A DNA stretch of 50,503 nucleotides from Octopus sinensis (GCF_006345805.1 NW_021834312.1:1-50503); one strand, 5' to 3'; positions 1 to 12,619 are shown, counted from the first letter of the stretch. A program made the numbers and translations. Notes: generated by a model from the sequence alone, not told the origin.

Positions 1-2
1 CT

Positions 3-150
3 CTACCTTCGCATATAAAAGTCACTAACCATGCACTACACCTCTTCAACACATTCTCTTTTCCACCTGGTGAATCCAAACTCTTTTCACCATGGACATT
101 AAATCTGTGTACACAATCACCCCTCATAATGAACGGGTCTACTTACCAAT
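3..150 (+). mobile_element. Penelope-like element reverse transcriptase fragment (frameshifted)
   Basis: Frame 3 gives LPSHIKVTNHALHLFNTFSFPPGESKL, then a frameshift to FTMDIKSVYTITPHNE. This resembles the PLE RT segment LPSYIKDT...L(V)TMDVKSLYTNIPH. Ends in a (TACA)/(TA) microsatellite. Confidence 0.6.
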
Positions 151-247
151 TAACATACATATACATACATACATACATACATACATCATACATACATACA
201 CACATACATCATACATATATATAATATATATATATATAATATATATA

Positions 248-302
<55 letters not shown>

Positions 303-1369
303 CACGTAATGAAATCGTTCCCGACTTGAAACTAACATACTTCGTTAATTTATGAGATGTTACACATTATCATATACCTTTAGGGGTTCGAACGCCGGAA
401 TCAGTGACATAAACACGGGGTCATGGTACCACCTTTTCTTAAGAATGTTATAAAGAGTGTAAGTAAAATTATTTCAAATTTATGATCCTAGTAAGGAAGT
501 TTTTGATAGGATCTCGCCCTTTTGCTACACCCTTAAAGATATTAGATTCAACGCTAAACTCGTAAGTCTGCAAAAGGAAAAGGCATAGAAACCTCAATTA
601 GAACTCTTCTGCAATCTCGCTCAATGTTAGCCTGGGCATAATTAAAACCCTCTTCAGATTGATGTGCAGTTCTCCATCGCGACGGATATACGAGAAGATT
701 CTTTAATAAGCATGTGCATAAAATTACGATTTGCTACACTGCTAAAATTTAATAGCTTATATCTCAAAAAGCCACGCGCCCACTAAGCCTGGTCGCTCAT
801 GCAGAGACATTTCTACATATCTTCGGAATAAATCCGGCAATTCGAAGTCTATAGACTCAAACCATAAAGCTGATCTGAAGCGCTACATCGGTATGGCGGA
901 AAAACTGCTGAACTAACGACTTTTGCAACCTTTCTCTTTCTTTTTTCTCATCAGGCACATGCAGCCATGCAATGCAATGAAACTTACAAACTATGATGTG
1001 TTATTGAGAGAGATAAGGGCTACATATGATATCAGGCTAGAAGAAATCCTAAACTGTAGACCATGCACGAATGGTAGCAGAAAATGAGACTTGTGTAGCA
1101 CTGAAGAGTTGGACTTCAATAGTCCTGGCTTCGCTGAATTATATTTGAATAATAAATCAGAGGCACCCATCTCCTCACCCCTTGCAGTGTATTCGCAGCG
1201 GCACTATTTTGAATTTACAGTCGTTCAGAGCAACTGCACTCAGGAATAAACGATGAAATAATGAAGGACGGAGTCGATGCACATAAATCGGGATGGGCAT
1301 GACCGGATTACCTCTAATTAAAGGTTTGCACGAAAGAAAAAATAAACACAAGAAACGTAATGTACTTAC

Positions 1370-1667
1370 GAAGTGTCATCTCCGGGATAGGGAAGATAAT
1401 CGCATGTCTTACTATTTCGATTACAGGAACTGCTAATCTTTAAAGGATCCGTCGTTTGACGAGCCGATGCCGGTGGTTTGCAATGTTCAGCAGGAATGAG
1501 GTTACAACTTCTGCTAGCGCTATCAAAGAGTTTGTTGTTCGGACACGCTCCCATACAACCGATCATTATGTCAGTGCAGACAATGAACCTACGAGTGTTC
1601 GAAGGGTCCTGTTGCACAAAGATCTTTTGCTGGAGTACTTGGCGAGTACACAGCAGATTGGTTAGAT
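1370..1667 (-). CDS. Internal exon of a secreted chitin-binding type-2 (CBM14/peritrophin-A-like) protein
   Basis: Open frame (D)LTNLLCTRQVLQQKIFVQQDPSNTRRFIVCTDIMIGCMGACPNNKLFDSASRSCNLIPAEHCKPP...CNRNSKTCDYLPYPGDDTS has CBM14-like motifs FxxC, CPxxxxFD, CxxxxxxxC. Acceptor ctttctgcttcttctag| (phase 1) and donor TC|gtaagt (phase 2). Confidence 0.85.
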
Positions 1668-1936
1668 CTAGAAGAAGCAGAAAGTACACAAGTACACACG
1701 TGGTTAATTAGGCGAGTGCTAGAGGAAGACAATGGCAAATTTAATTCATTGACACATACATATATACATACTTACATACTTACGTACATTTACACATTAT
1801 ACATATATGACTGTACAGGCGTAGTATGCGTACATTTAAGATATGTATATATATATATATATTAATATATTTATATACTTCATATATATATATATACATC
1901 CAAACACACACCACATACACCACACACATATATATA

Positions 1937-1970
<34 letters not shown>

Positions 1971-1974
<4 letters not shown>

Positions 1975-2206
1975 ATGTGGTCACCAGGTCTGCCCTCGCC
2001 GGCATTCCTGCTCTGCCTGTCATGGAGGAGCTTGACCTGCCTCCAACAAAGGAAGAACTGAGCAAAGCAATTGACTCACTCCTCTCGCTCGGGCAAGGCA
2101 CCAGGGCAAGACGGCATCTCCGCAGAAGTCATCCAGTGCGGGAAGCCAGCCCTTCTGGGCCATCTCCACGAGATGCTCTGTCAGTGCTGGGAGGAGGGCT
2201 CTGTCC

Positions 2207-2207
<1 letters not shown>
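1971..2207 (+). mobile_element. RTE-clade LINE ORF2 fragment (GC-rich)
   Basis: Two frames give PVMEELDLPPTKEELSKAIDSL and SSGKAPGQDGISAEVIQCGKPALLGHLHEMLCQCWEEGSVP, the typical pre-RT region of RTE/BovB-like LINEs. Flanked by (TA)n on both sides. Confidence 0.85.
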
Positions 2208-2260
<53 letters not shown>

Positions 2261-2298
2261 GTGTGTGTGTGTGTGGTGTATATATATATATATATATA

Positions 2299-3250
2299 AT
2301 TTAGAGAAAAAATCTATTAAACAATTCAATAAAGAAAGATGTTATTCACACCACCTCGGAAACATACTATAAAAACATTAGTCTAAAAATCAATTAAGTA
2401 CAATAAATAGTAAAACGACTACGCACGTTTCTTGTAGTCGGAAAATCTATATAAATTAGCACGAGATTATATAGTCTATATTACATAATTAGAATAAGTT
2501 GAAAATTAGATGTTTATGAAATAAATCAATTAATTAATGAAAATAGATTAAATGATAGAATTTTAGCTTAATTTAGGCTTATTATATTATGAATTTTACT
2601 TATTTAATATCTAAATTATCTACACTTTACAATTTTTCCAGTTAATGCTATATTAAAGTTAATTTTCTTTTCTTTATTCTTACAGCTAAAATATATTTGT
2701 AATTTTAATAGCTTAAATACATATTTCTATCTATTTCTTCTATTAATTCTTTTTACGCCATATTTTCACGCGATATATTTCTTATGAACGCGAAGTTCTT
2801 CTTTTAAATTTTTAGTTAAGGAAAATCCTTCGATAAGATAAGTTATATTTTTATTTTAAAAAATATTGCTAAATGTTTTTTTATTATTTCTAGTTAATAC
2901 ATATATTTATATATATATATTTATTTGATAATTAGTATAACTTAAGATAAGTACATTTATTCTATTATTATTTTTTTAATTATTTATTATCTTAGACCTG
3001 ATGAGTGACTATATTTTTAAATAGAGTTAATTTTAATTGGATTTGATTTTGAATCGAACTGATTTTATAATTATTATCTATTTGAAAATATAGCCACGAA
3101 ACGTGCGTAGTCCTTTTACTATTATTTACTATTTAGTATACTTTATTGATCTTTAGAATAAGGTTTTTTTATAGTATATGTTTTCTAGGTGGTGTGAATA
3201 ACATCTTTCTTTATTGAATTGTTTAATAGAGGGTTTTTCTCTAAATTATA
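2299..3250. mobile_element. AT-rich element with ~140-bp terminal inverted repeats
   Basis: About 2299-2430 is the reverse complement of about 3098-3250 (shared ctattaaacaattcaataaagaaagatgttattcacaccacct and gactacgcacgtttc). The core is extremely AT-rich and TA repeats lie on the left flank. Confidence 0.7.
2995..3112 (+). ncRNA. Hammerhead ribozyme-like motif with long stem II
   Basis: GAC-CTGATGA(2998-3004), then a 20-bp stem II (3005-3024/3078-3097; one mismatch, one G.U), then GAAA(3098-3101)-C-GTGC-GT-A-GTC. GUA triplet; stem I only 3 bp. Confidence 0.6.
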
Positions 3251-3309
3251 TACATATATTATAAATTGTAATATTTTATTTAAAATTGTTAAATTGAATT
3301 CCTCCCTCT

Positions 3310-3409
<100 letters not shown>

Positions 3410-3960
3410 GTGTAGTTTCGCATGTGAAATATGACCAATAGTTTAAGAACGATTCGATCACCCAGCGCGGCAACTTGAGCAAATATCGTTTTCTCTAGTC
3501 TTAGGTCGATCCACATTTTGTGGAAGAAGTTCTGTAGGCAGAAACTTAAAGGACGCCCATCTGATGGTTTGTACCTTTAATTCTTGTGTCACGGTGATTT
3601 CGGACGAGAATCACGTTAAGTGTACTCGTGTCTTAACATATTTCTCAAACACTTCAAAGCTAATTCCATGACTTGGTGATTCAACCATGACTGTTTTTGC
3701 GTCCAGGGTGTCCGAGTCAGGTGGCTGCAAGTAAGTCCTTCAACCGGTCACTGGCTCTCAATACCTCCTGCTGAGTGGACATTGCGTTGAAGCAAGTTCC
3801 GGTACAGCTCCAGCGGTTTTCGGTTAATTTCACTTGACCGTATTTAATGAATCAAGTAGATCATGCAGCACGCCGCTCATGACGACGGTTACTCTATTTA
3901 GTAGCTCCTTTTTACTGCTAGGTGAACTCGGCCATCGATGGTTCCTCTGTCCAATTTGAT
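3410..3960 (-). mobile_element. Possible degenerate hAT transposase C-terminal remnant
   Basis: Broken frames MWIDLRLEKTIFAQVAALGDRIVLKLLVIF and SYFTCETT weakly resemble the hAT dimerisation motif (W..L..EYP.L...AL.LL..F.TTY.CE..FS). Confidence 0.3.
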
Positions 3961-3984
3961 GGTAACGTTCTCGTTAAATTGGAT

Positions 3985-4197
3985 TCCCATTTTGGCACAA
4001 GGCCAGCAATATTTAGGAAGAGGCTAAGTCGAGTGCGTCGATCCCAGTGCTGAACTGGTACTTATTTTATCGACCCAGAAAGGGTGAAAGGCAAAGTCGA
4101 CCTCGGTAGAATTTGAATTTAGAACTGAGAGATGGACGAAATGCCACTAAGAAATTTTCCACGCATACAAGCGATTCTGCCACCTAACAGCCTTCAA
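3985..4197 (-). mobile_element. tRNA-derived SINE family A, degenerate copy
   Basis: Contains the family core (reverse) ttatcgaccc..aaagggtgaaaggcaaagtcgacctcgg and a B-box remnant. Confidence 0.8.
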
Positions 4198-4309
4198 TAT
4201 CCAGAATTTATCAAAACAAAGAAGGTACTTACTGGTGTCAACGGTTATGGAGCTGTCACAATCTGAAAAGAAGAGAGATGTGAGAATAGAAATATTTTAT
4301 ATACAATGG

Positions 4310-5366
4310 AAGACAAAATGACAGATCTATCGGACATTCAAAGAGGTCAAATTGTTGGTGCTCGTATGACAGGCCCTAGCGTAACGAAAGCAACCGAAAT
4401 GTTCGGTGTATCATGAAGTACTGTCTCGAAAATAATGACAGCCTTTGAGAAAGAGGGAAAAACCTCCTCGGCGAAACAAAGTTCCGGACGAAAACCAAAA
4501 CTTTCAGATAGGGACAGTCGGATTCTTATGCGAATTGACAGAAAAGATCACAAAAGTACAGCTCCCAAAATTACTGCAAAACTGTTCACCGAGAGCTGCA
4601 CAAAACCGTGTTTCACGGGAGGGCTGCAATCAGAAAACCACTACTTTCAAAAACAAACGTTCCAAAGCGTTTACAGTGGAGTAAAAACCTACAGAATTGA
4701 TCCCAAGAGCAGTGGACAAATGTTATTTTCTCGGATAAGTGATCCTTTACCTTATTTCCGACCACCGGTCAAGTATACGTGCGGAGACAGCCAAAAGAAG
4801 CATTTAGCCCAGATTGCCTTCTTCTAACTGTTAAACATGGAAGAGAATCTGTGGTGATCGGGGGGGGGGGCTATATGTTCGAAACCCACTGGCCCAATGG
4901 TTTCCCTTCATGGCAGAATTAATAGTCAAGACTATTTAAGCATTTTATCGGATCAAATTCCTCCTATGTTTGCGGAACTGTTTCCGGAGGGTAAAGCAGT
5001 CATTCATGGTTTATAATGCACCAATTCACACTGCTAAAATTGTTACAGAATGGTACGAGGAACATTCTAGTGAAGTTGAATATCTTATCTGGCCATCACA
5101 GTCCCCAGATCTCAATATCATTGGACATTTATGGTGCATTTAAGAAAAACAAGTAAGGAGACGATATCATCCCCCATCATCACTACAAGAACTGAAGACA
5201 GTTTTAGCAGAAGACAAAAATTCCTTTGGAAACAATTCAAACTTTGCACGAGTCAATACCACGTAGAATTCAAGCTGTAATTACTGCCAAACAGACGGTC
5301 CAACCTCATATTAAAATAAATTTGTTTGAAATTTTAAGGTGTTGCCATTATTTTGTCCTACTCCTG
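4310..5366 (+). mobile_element. Tc1-like DNA transposon, decayed, lacking left TIR
   Basis: MTDLSDIQRGQIVGARM..GVS*STVSKIMTAFEKEGKTSSAKQSSGRKPKLSDRD (paired-like HTH) and SPDLNII motif, with stops and frameshifts. Right TIR ...ttattttgtcctactcctg followed by TA. Confidence 0.9.
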
Positions 5367-5456
5367 TATATATGTATATATATGTATATATATATACATA
5401 TATATATATATGTATATATATATATATTATATATACACACACACACATATATATAT

Positions 5457-5498
<42 letters not shown>

Positions 5499-5699
5499 GT
5501 ATGCATGTATGTATGTTATTTCAAGCATGTTACTTTTAAGTTTTTCGCCGGGTACATATGTTATGTTTCCTTGAAAGTCAGCAAAACACCTCCAAGTCAA
5601 ATAGAAAACATCTATGTGGTCAGTCGACTTGCTAAAAGTACCCAAGAAATACCACTCAAATCCCATTCTTCCCCCTTTGAAACTTACGCTAATATCTTA

Positions 5700-5875
5700 T
5701 CTTTTATCTTCTACTTGTTTCCATCATTAGACTGTGGCCTTGCTGCAGCACTGCACTAAAGAATTGCTTCGGTCAAATGAATCGGGCACCGATTCTGGAT
5801 TCTATTTTTTTTTAATCACTGCTACTATTGTATCGCTCTCTTATGCCGAACCACTAGGTTACGAACACGATACAT
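5700..5875 (-). mobile_element. SINE family B, 3' fragment
   Basis: Diverged match to the family-B tail (gactgtggcc..tgctgcagca; ccgaaccactaggttacg). Confidence 0.55.
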
Positions 5876-6203
5876 ATTTGTGTGTGTGTGTGTGTGTGTG
5901 TGTGAGTGTGTGTGTCTGTCTGTGTGTGTCTGTCTGTGTGTTTGTGTGTCTGTGTGTGTCAGTGTGTGTGTCTGTCTGTGTGTGTGTTTGTGTGTCTGTG
6001 TGTGTGTGTGTGTGCGTGCGACGGAGATCCTTCAGTTTGGTTTTGCTCTTTTCTAGCGAATAGGGAAAAAACAGAGCAGTCACAGCTTGAATGCTTTTCC
6101 TCATAAATCTGATTTATCACGACTGACCTGAGATTAAAATAACAACAACAACGACCACGAATTCCATAACATTTCCCCCGTTTAAACAATACACATCTCT
6201 TAC

Positions 6204-6288
6204 CTTGTGTGGTCAATGCCTGAGAAAGGTGTAAAAGTGATGCAGTCAACACCGTTGCAAATACAAGAAAATTCATGCTTGTTGCCAT
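6204..6288 (-). CDS. First coding exon (signal peptide) of the CBM14-like gene
   Basis: MATSMNFLVFATVLTASLLHLSQALTTQ has a hydrophobic core and an SQA-like cleavage site, then CAAG|gtaaga. The phase-1 donor joins in frame to the acceptor at 1667 (G+AT = Asp). Confidence 0.75.
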
Positions 6289-6326
6289 TACCAGCTTTAG
6301 TACAAAGATTAATGGAGACCAGAGTT

Positions 6327-6361
6327 AAACTGTTTCATATATCTGTACTCATATATATATA
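6327..6361 (-). promoter_or_regulatory. Putative TATA-like/Inr core promoter of the CBM14-like gene
   Basis: Minus-strand TATATATA starts at 6361, 30 nt upstream of the A of CAGTTT (6331, Inr-like), which is 43 nt upstream of the ATG. Confidence 0.35.
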
Positions 6362-6545
6362 ATATATATATGTGTGTGTGTATACAAGTATATATATGTA
6401 TATATATATATATTATATATACACACACACACATACATATATCTTAGGCGATTTTCATTGGCTGAAATCTTGGAAAAACGTTTCCTGGTTAAAACGTTTG
6501 TATTTAATTATTATTTATTTAATTATTCTCTTAATTTCCCTATCT

Positions 6546-6603
<58 letters not shown>

Positions 6604-6752
6604 CTCTACAAGTAAAGTATTATTTTAATGTTTATTATCAATATTGCGACCGTATTTCGACATATTTTACTTTCTCACGATCAGATTAAATCAAAAAAAG
6701 AAAATTTTGTTTTTAATTCTTTCTTGAACGAATCTTCACGAGGAAATGGTAT

Positions 6753-6971
6753 ATTTCTTTATTGCCCACAAGGGGCTAAACATAGAGGGGACAGACAGAG
6801 GGGTTAAGTCAATTACATAGACTCCAGTGCGTAACTGGTACTTAATTTATCGACCCCGAAAGGATGAAAGGCAAAATTACCTCGGCGGAATGTGAACTCA
6901 CAACGTAACGACAGACGAAATGCGGCTACGCATTTCGCCCGGCATGCTAACGTTTCTGCCAACTCGCCGCC
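6753..6971 (-). mobile_element. SINE family A, full copy with 17-bp TSD
   Basis: Direct repeat tcacgaggaaatggtat at 6736-6752 and 6972-6988 flanks a copy with A/B-box-like head and core. Confidence 0.92.
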
Positions 6972-7196
6972 TCACGAGGAAATGGTATCCAACTTCAGAG
7001 AATTATTGCTGATCGAACAGGAATTTCCTGCATTCGATTGTCAGATAAATTTATTCGATTTTCTTCCTCCAACATCATATTTGTGGAAAGAAGTCTGAAG
7101 GCACGTAGCTTAGAAGTTACGGTATTCGGCCTACATATGGAAGATTGTGAGTTCGATTCCCAACGACACACAAACATAAACACACACGCACACACT

Positions 7197-7275
<79 letters not shown>

Positions 7276-8029
7276 GAGAGACAGAGAGAGAGAGACAGAG
7301 AGAGAGAGAGACAGAGAGACAGAGACAGAGAGAAAGAAACGAGAGAGTCAACAGATGAGATCTAGAGATACTCGGTAAAGAAATCACTTTTTCTCAATTT
7401 CCCTAAATCATTATCTGAAATGTCACATTTTTATCTCTCCACCCTGAAGAAGGCGGACGGATCTATCCAATGTTTATTTGTGTTATATCCTTGTGTGAAT
7501 AAATAATTTAACGAAGCACGAACGGCAAAAAAGGTATTTACACGACGCAATACGATTACTATTACAGGAGACTCAACGCTCTCAATAAAACGGCTCACAG
7601 TGGACCCCTTCCCAATCGATTGCTCACAGTTATCTATTTATAGCAATGTGTCAGTCCACTTTTAGTCACTTGGAGGTGGTCGGAATCCTTCCACAATGAT
7701 TTACTTCTATTACTCGTTGCATATGTTGGTGAACTACATCAAACACCGTTATGAAGTAACTCCGAGCCCCCAGAAACAGCTGTCGTACTTGTCACACCAT
7801 ACCGTCTCCCCTTTAATATTCTGTGTCTTTGTACACAATATCGATATATTTATATTTGAATATTCAAGTCTTTGCTTTCTCTCTAATTACACGTATACAT
7901 GTCCACAGATATTATATATATCAAACCCAAGCAGTTTTATTTGGGCCTTTGCATCATTGTCTCGGTATAAAGAAAATATTTCTAATGCCAAAATGTGCCG
8001 AAAATAGACACAACATTATTGTTTTGTGA

Positions 8030-8100
<71 letters not shown>

Positions 8101-8101
<1 letters not shown>

Positions 8102-8926
8102 GCTTAATGACCATCTCGAGAACCTAGTTTCCATAAAAACTGTTCACTGGCAGCTGCACAAGGCCGGATTTCACGGGAGGGCTCCTGTCAGAAAACCACG
8201 ACTTTCATAAACAAAGGCTGCAAAGCGTTTAGAGTTGTGTATAAACCTACAGAATTGGTCCCTAGAGCAGTGGAAGAATGTTATTTTTTTGGACAAGTGA
8301 TCCTTTACCTTATTTCCGACCACCGGCCAAGTATACGTGCGGAGACAACCAAAAGAAGCATTTAGCCCAGATTGCCTTCTTCTACCTGTTAAACATGGAG
8401 GAGGAGCTGTGATGATCTGGTGGGGGGCTATATCTTGGAAATCCGCCGACCCAATGGTTTCCCTTCATGGCAGAATTAATAGTCAAGACTATTTAAGCAT
8501 TTTATCGGATCAAATTCCTCCTATGTTTGCGGAGCTGTTTCCGGAGGGTAAAGCAGTCATTCATGGTTTATAATGCACCAATTTACACTGCTAAAGTTGT
8601 TACAGAATGGTACAAGGAACATTCTAGTGAAGTTGAACATCTTATCTGGCCACCGCAGTCCCCAGATCTCAATATTATTGAACATTTATGATACATTTTA
8701 GAAACAAAGTACGGAGGCGGTATAATCCACCATCATTACTACAAGAACTGGAGACTGTTTTAGCTGAAGAATGGACAAGAATTCCTTTGGAAACAAATTC
8801 AAACTTTGTACGAGTCCATACCTCGTAGAATTTAAGCTGTAATTACTGCCAAAGGCGGTCCTTCCCCATATTAAAATAAATTTACTTGAAATTTTAAGCT
8901 GTTTCTATTAATTTGTCCAACCCCTG
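8101..8926 (+). mobile_element. Tc1-like transposon 3' half (same family as 4310-5366)
   Basis: RRQPKEAFSPDCLLLPVKHGGGAVMIW.GAIS and PDLNIIEHL (DD34E-type). Right TIR ...ttgtccaacccctg followed by TA. Confidence 0.9.
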
Positions 8927-8933
8927 TATATAT

Positions 8934-9130
8934 AGGCGCAGGAGTGGCTGTGTGGTAAGTAGCTTGCTTACCAACAACATGGTTCAGTTCCACTGCGTGG
9001 CACCTTGGTTCAGTGCCTTTTACTATAGCCTCGGGCCGACCAAAGCCTTGTGAGTGAATTTTGTAGACCGAAACTGAAAGAAGCCCGTCGTATGTATATG
9101 TATATTTTTGCGTGTGTGTTTGTGTCTGAC
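8934..9130 (+). mobile_element. SINE family B, 5' part
   Basis: aggcgcaggagtggctgtgtggtaagtagc head plus CORE-like gtggcaccttgg..ctatagcctcgggcc segment. Confidence 0.85.
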
Positions 9131-9238
9131 TAATTGGCCACAGCCAGACACACCGTGACCTGTCTTCTCCTATATGATGTCTTTGTTTATCGTAAACAAC
9201 GACGGAAAAACCAACACTACTACTACTACTACAACAAC

Positions 9239-9279
<41 letters not shown>

Positions 9280-9291
9280 TAATAATAATAA

Positions 9292-9420
9292 TTTTAAATA
9301 CATATTTTACCTGTGAAATTGCGCGTGTAATCTAGGAATGCATACGATGAGCTTCTCTGCACTAGGTGTATGGAAACACTCAGCGAGAAACGGAAGAAAA
9401 TTTGAAGAAAGAAGGAATAG
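9292..9420 (+). mobile_element. Solo 3' end of R4/Dong-like LINE family B
   Basis: Matches 12260-12394 (aggtgtatggaaa..cactc.gcgagaaacggaagaaaatttgaagaaagaagg) and sits between (TAA)n arrays. Confidence 0.75.
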
Positions 9421-9470
<50 letters not shown>

Positions 9471-9473
<3 letters not shown>

Positions 9474-10930
9474 GCAATACTAAAAACAGAGCTCAATGCT
9501 AAAAACAAGATAATAGGTATTAACACTTTAGCCGTCCCAGTTATAAGTTACAGCTACAATATCCTTAACTGAACACGAAATGAACTGACCAAAATAGATA
9601 GGAAAACAAAAAAATAATGACAGGATCTAGGATGCATCACCCAATCTGACATAGAAAGACTATATATACAACGTATAGAAGGTGGTAGAGGCCTTATACA
9701 GCTGGAAAACTACTATAAAATAACCACCATAGGACTGCAAAATTATCTACTTCAGAAGCAAGGAAAACTGATACAAATAGCGGCAAACACGAGCAAAACA
9801 AAAAACTGTTCTCAGTATTTAGGAAGCTGACAAATACAAACAAGAAATCATACCACCTCATAAATATGAAGAAGAAGAAGAAGAAGAAAGAGAAGAAGAA
9901 GAAGAAGAAGAAGAAGAAGAAGAGAAGAAGAAGAAGAAGAAGAAGAAGAAAAGAGAAGAAGAAGAAGAAGAAGAAGAAGAAGAAGAAGAAGAAGAAGAAA
10001 CAACAAAAGCTATAAAACAATGAAATCCAAACTAAAAATAGAACAGCAACGAACCATGATAAAACAATGGCAAGAAAAGCCCCTTCATGGTAAATACTGC
10101 ACTAAACTAAATGCAAAAGAAATAGACAAAGAAAAATCCCAGCAATGGTTGAGAAGCTCAGGACTCAAAGCAGAGACAGAAGGATTTTTAATTGCAGCAC
10201 AAGACCAAAGCCTCCCCACCAGAAATTACCAAAACATGTAATGAAAAAAACAAACAAGTAACTGCAGAATATGTGGAGATGGACAAGAAACAATAAATCA
10301 TATTATCTCTAGCTGCCCAGTCCTGGCTAAGAAGGAAATATCCACAGACACGACAGAGTTGGAACCTACATACATTGGAAGCTATCCCAACATTATGGAA
10401 AAATAACAGAAAAAAGATGGTATAGGCACACACCAGAAAAGGTCACAGAAAACGAGAAAGCAACCATACTCTGGGATATGCCAATACACACAGATAGAGA
10501 AATTAAGGCCAACAGACCAGATATAGTTGTCAGAGATCATGTAGAAAAAAATGCTTTCTAATTGATGTATCAATACCGGCAGGTGACAATGTGTCTCTAA
10601 AAGAAATGGAGAAACTTTCAAAATACAAAGACCTGGAAACAGAGGTAACCAGAATGTGGAATCTAAAATCAGAAACAATTCCTATCATAGTAGGTGCATT
10701 AGGCATGATAAAAAAATATTCAGACAAATACATAACAAAAACACCAGGACTTACAAACACATATAACATACAGAAAATTGCACTACTAGGCACTGCACAC
10801 ATCCTACGCAGAACACTTTCCATACAATAACCATCAGTGCATCACAACAAATCACAGCACATACCCAAGGCACACAGAGCTGCGCTCGGTAGTGAAGTGA
10901 AAGCACGCTATAAAAATAAAACTACTGAAT
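9471..10930 (+). mobile_element. R4/Dong-clade (REL-endonuclease) non-LTR retrotransposon, 5'-truncated, family A
   Basis: ERLYIQRIEGGRGL, WLRSSGLKAETEGFLIAAQDQSL, CCHC knuckle CRICGDGQETINHIISSC, REL motif RPDIVVRDH..CFLIDVSIP, QKIALLGTAHILRRTL. Both ends abut (TAA)n. Confidence 0.92.
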
Positions 10931-10932
10931 AA

Positions 10933-11123
<191 letters not shown>

Positions 11124-11124
11124 A

Positions 11125-12394
11125 AGTATGAACAAAAAGGATGCAGACGAGGCTCATACGGATGCAAAGATCAGCTCCTAATTAATCACATGATCCTTGA
11201 GAACTGCCATAACAAGCGCAGAAATCTCAGCTCTTCATGGATTGATTATAAAAAAGCCTTTGACTGCATACCGCATTCGTGGATTCTGAAATCGCTGTGA
11301 TTTCAGATTTTTTAAAGTATAATATGTCACTATGGAACACAAAGCTCCAATTATATCATTCTAATGGAGTATTGCACTCAAACGACGTTAGCATAAACTG
11401 TGGAATTTTCCAAGGTGACTCACTTTCACCACTAATTTTCTGCATAGCACTAATACCACTCTCAAGTGAACTGAATAGAACAGGATATGGCTACAAAATT
11501 GACAACAGGAAAATATGCCATTTATTTTATATGGATGACTTAAAACTATATGGCAAAGATGATGAAGAGCTTGAAGGATTATTATATACCGTGAAAGGAT
11601 TCAGTGATGATATCGGGATGGAGTTTGGCCTTGAGAAGTGTGCCAAAGCCACTTTTAAGAAAGGGAAATTGGTAAAGACTAGTTCAATCGAATTAGATGT
11701 CGAAATAGTAATAAAGGAACTTGAGCAGGAACAAACCTATAAATACCTAGGAATAAATGAAGGCTCTGGTATCTAGCATGCAAGCATGAAAGAGAAGGTT
11801 AGGAAGGAATGTTATAGAAGAGTTCGAGCAGTCCTGAAGTCTGAGCTGAATGCATATAATAAGGTTTTAGCAGTCCCAGTTGTTCTTTGTAGCTTCAATG
11901 TGCTGGAATACCAGTGAAATAATGAAAATTGATAGAAATATCCGCAAGCTACTGACTTGTAATAAGATGCACCATCCAAAGGCAGACGTGGATCGCCTTT
12001 ACCTTCCCAGAGCTCAGGGAGGTCGAGGTTTGATCCAGCTTGAACTTACATACAAAACCACCACAATCGGACTGGCCAAATACCTTGAAGCAACCAACGA
12101 TTGGATGCTAAAACTTGTTGGAAAACATGAGAGACTGAAAAGACTTCACTCTATTCTCAAAGAGAGCAAACATTTCGCTGCTGATCTTTTAGATACCCAC
12201 CAGATTGAGAGCATTATCGCTGTGAAAACAACATCCATCCATGAATTTATTTATTTATTAATTTTTAAATACCTATTTTATCTGTTAATTTGCGTGTGTA
12301 ATCTGGGAATGCATACAATTCCCTTCTCTGCCCTAGGTGTATGGAAAACACTCGGCGAGAAACGGAAGAAAATTTGAAGAAAGAAGGAAAAAAC
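11125..12394 (+). mobile_element. R4/Dong-like LINE family B: RT region plus 3' end, internally deleted
   Basis: QKGCRRGSYGCKDQLLIN, IDYKKAFD, GIFQGDSLSPLIFC, HLFYMDDLKLYG, RLYLPRAQGGRGL. The 3' end runs into TAA repeats. Confidence 0.92.
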
Positions 12395-12411
12395 ATAATA
12401 ATAATATTTTT

Positions 12412-12612
12412 TCTAGTGAAGGCACAAAGCCTTGAAATTTGGTGGGAAGGGGACTAATCGATTACCTCAACCCAAGTGTTTAAATTTATCGACCCCGAAA
12501 AGATAAATGGCAAAGTCGACCTAGGCAGAATTTGAACTCAGGACCTAGCGACGGGCGAAATACCGCTAAGATTTCGTCCAGCGTGGTAACGATTCTGCCA
12601 GCTCGCCGCCTT
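12412..12612 (-). mobile_element. SINE family A (alternative tail)
   Basis: Reverse of aaggcggcgagctggcagaatcg head and gtcgactttgcc..tttcggggtcgataaa core. Confidence 0.88.
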
Positions 12613-12619
12613 GATAATA

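Noticed and set aside
360-910. Non-repetitive stretch that may be a DNA-transposon remnant
   Set aside because: No confident TIR pair, TSD or recognisable protein motif.
1-1369. Search for the next (phase-2) exon of the CBM14-like gene
   Set aside because: Candidate acceptors give early stops or Cys-free peptides; the next exon probably lies left of the window.
7440-7470. ctgaagaaggc resembling a PLE/hammerhead core
   Set aside because: No downstream stem II/GAAA/stem III.
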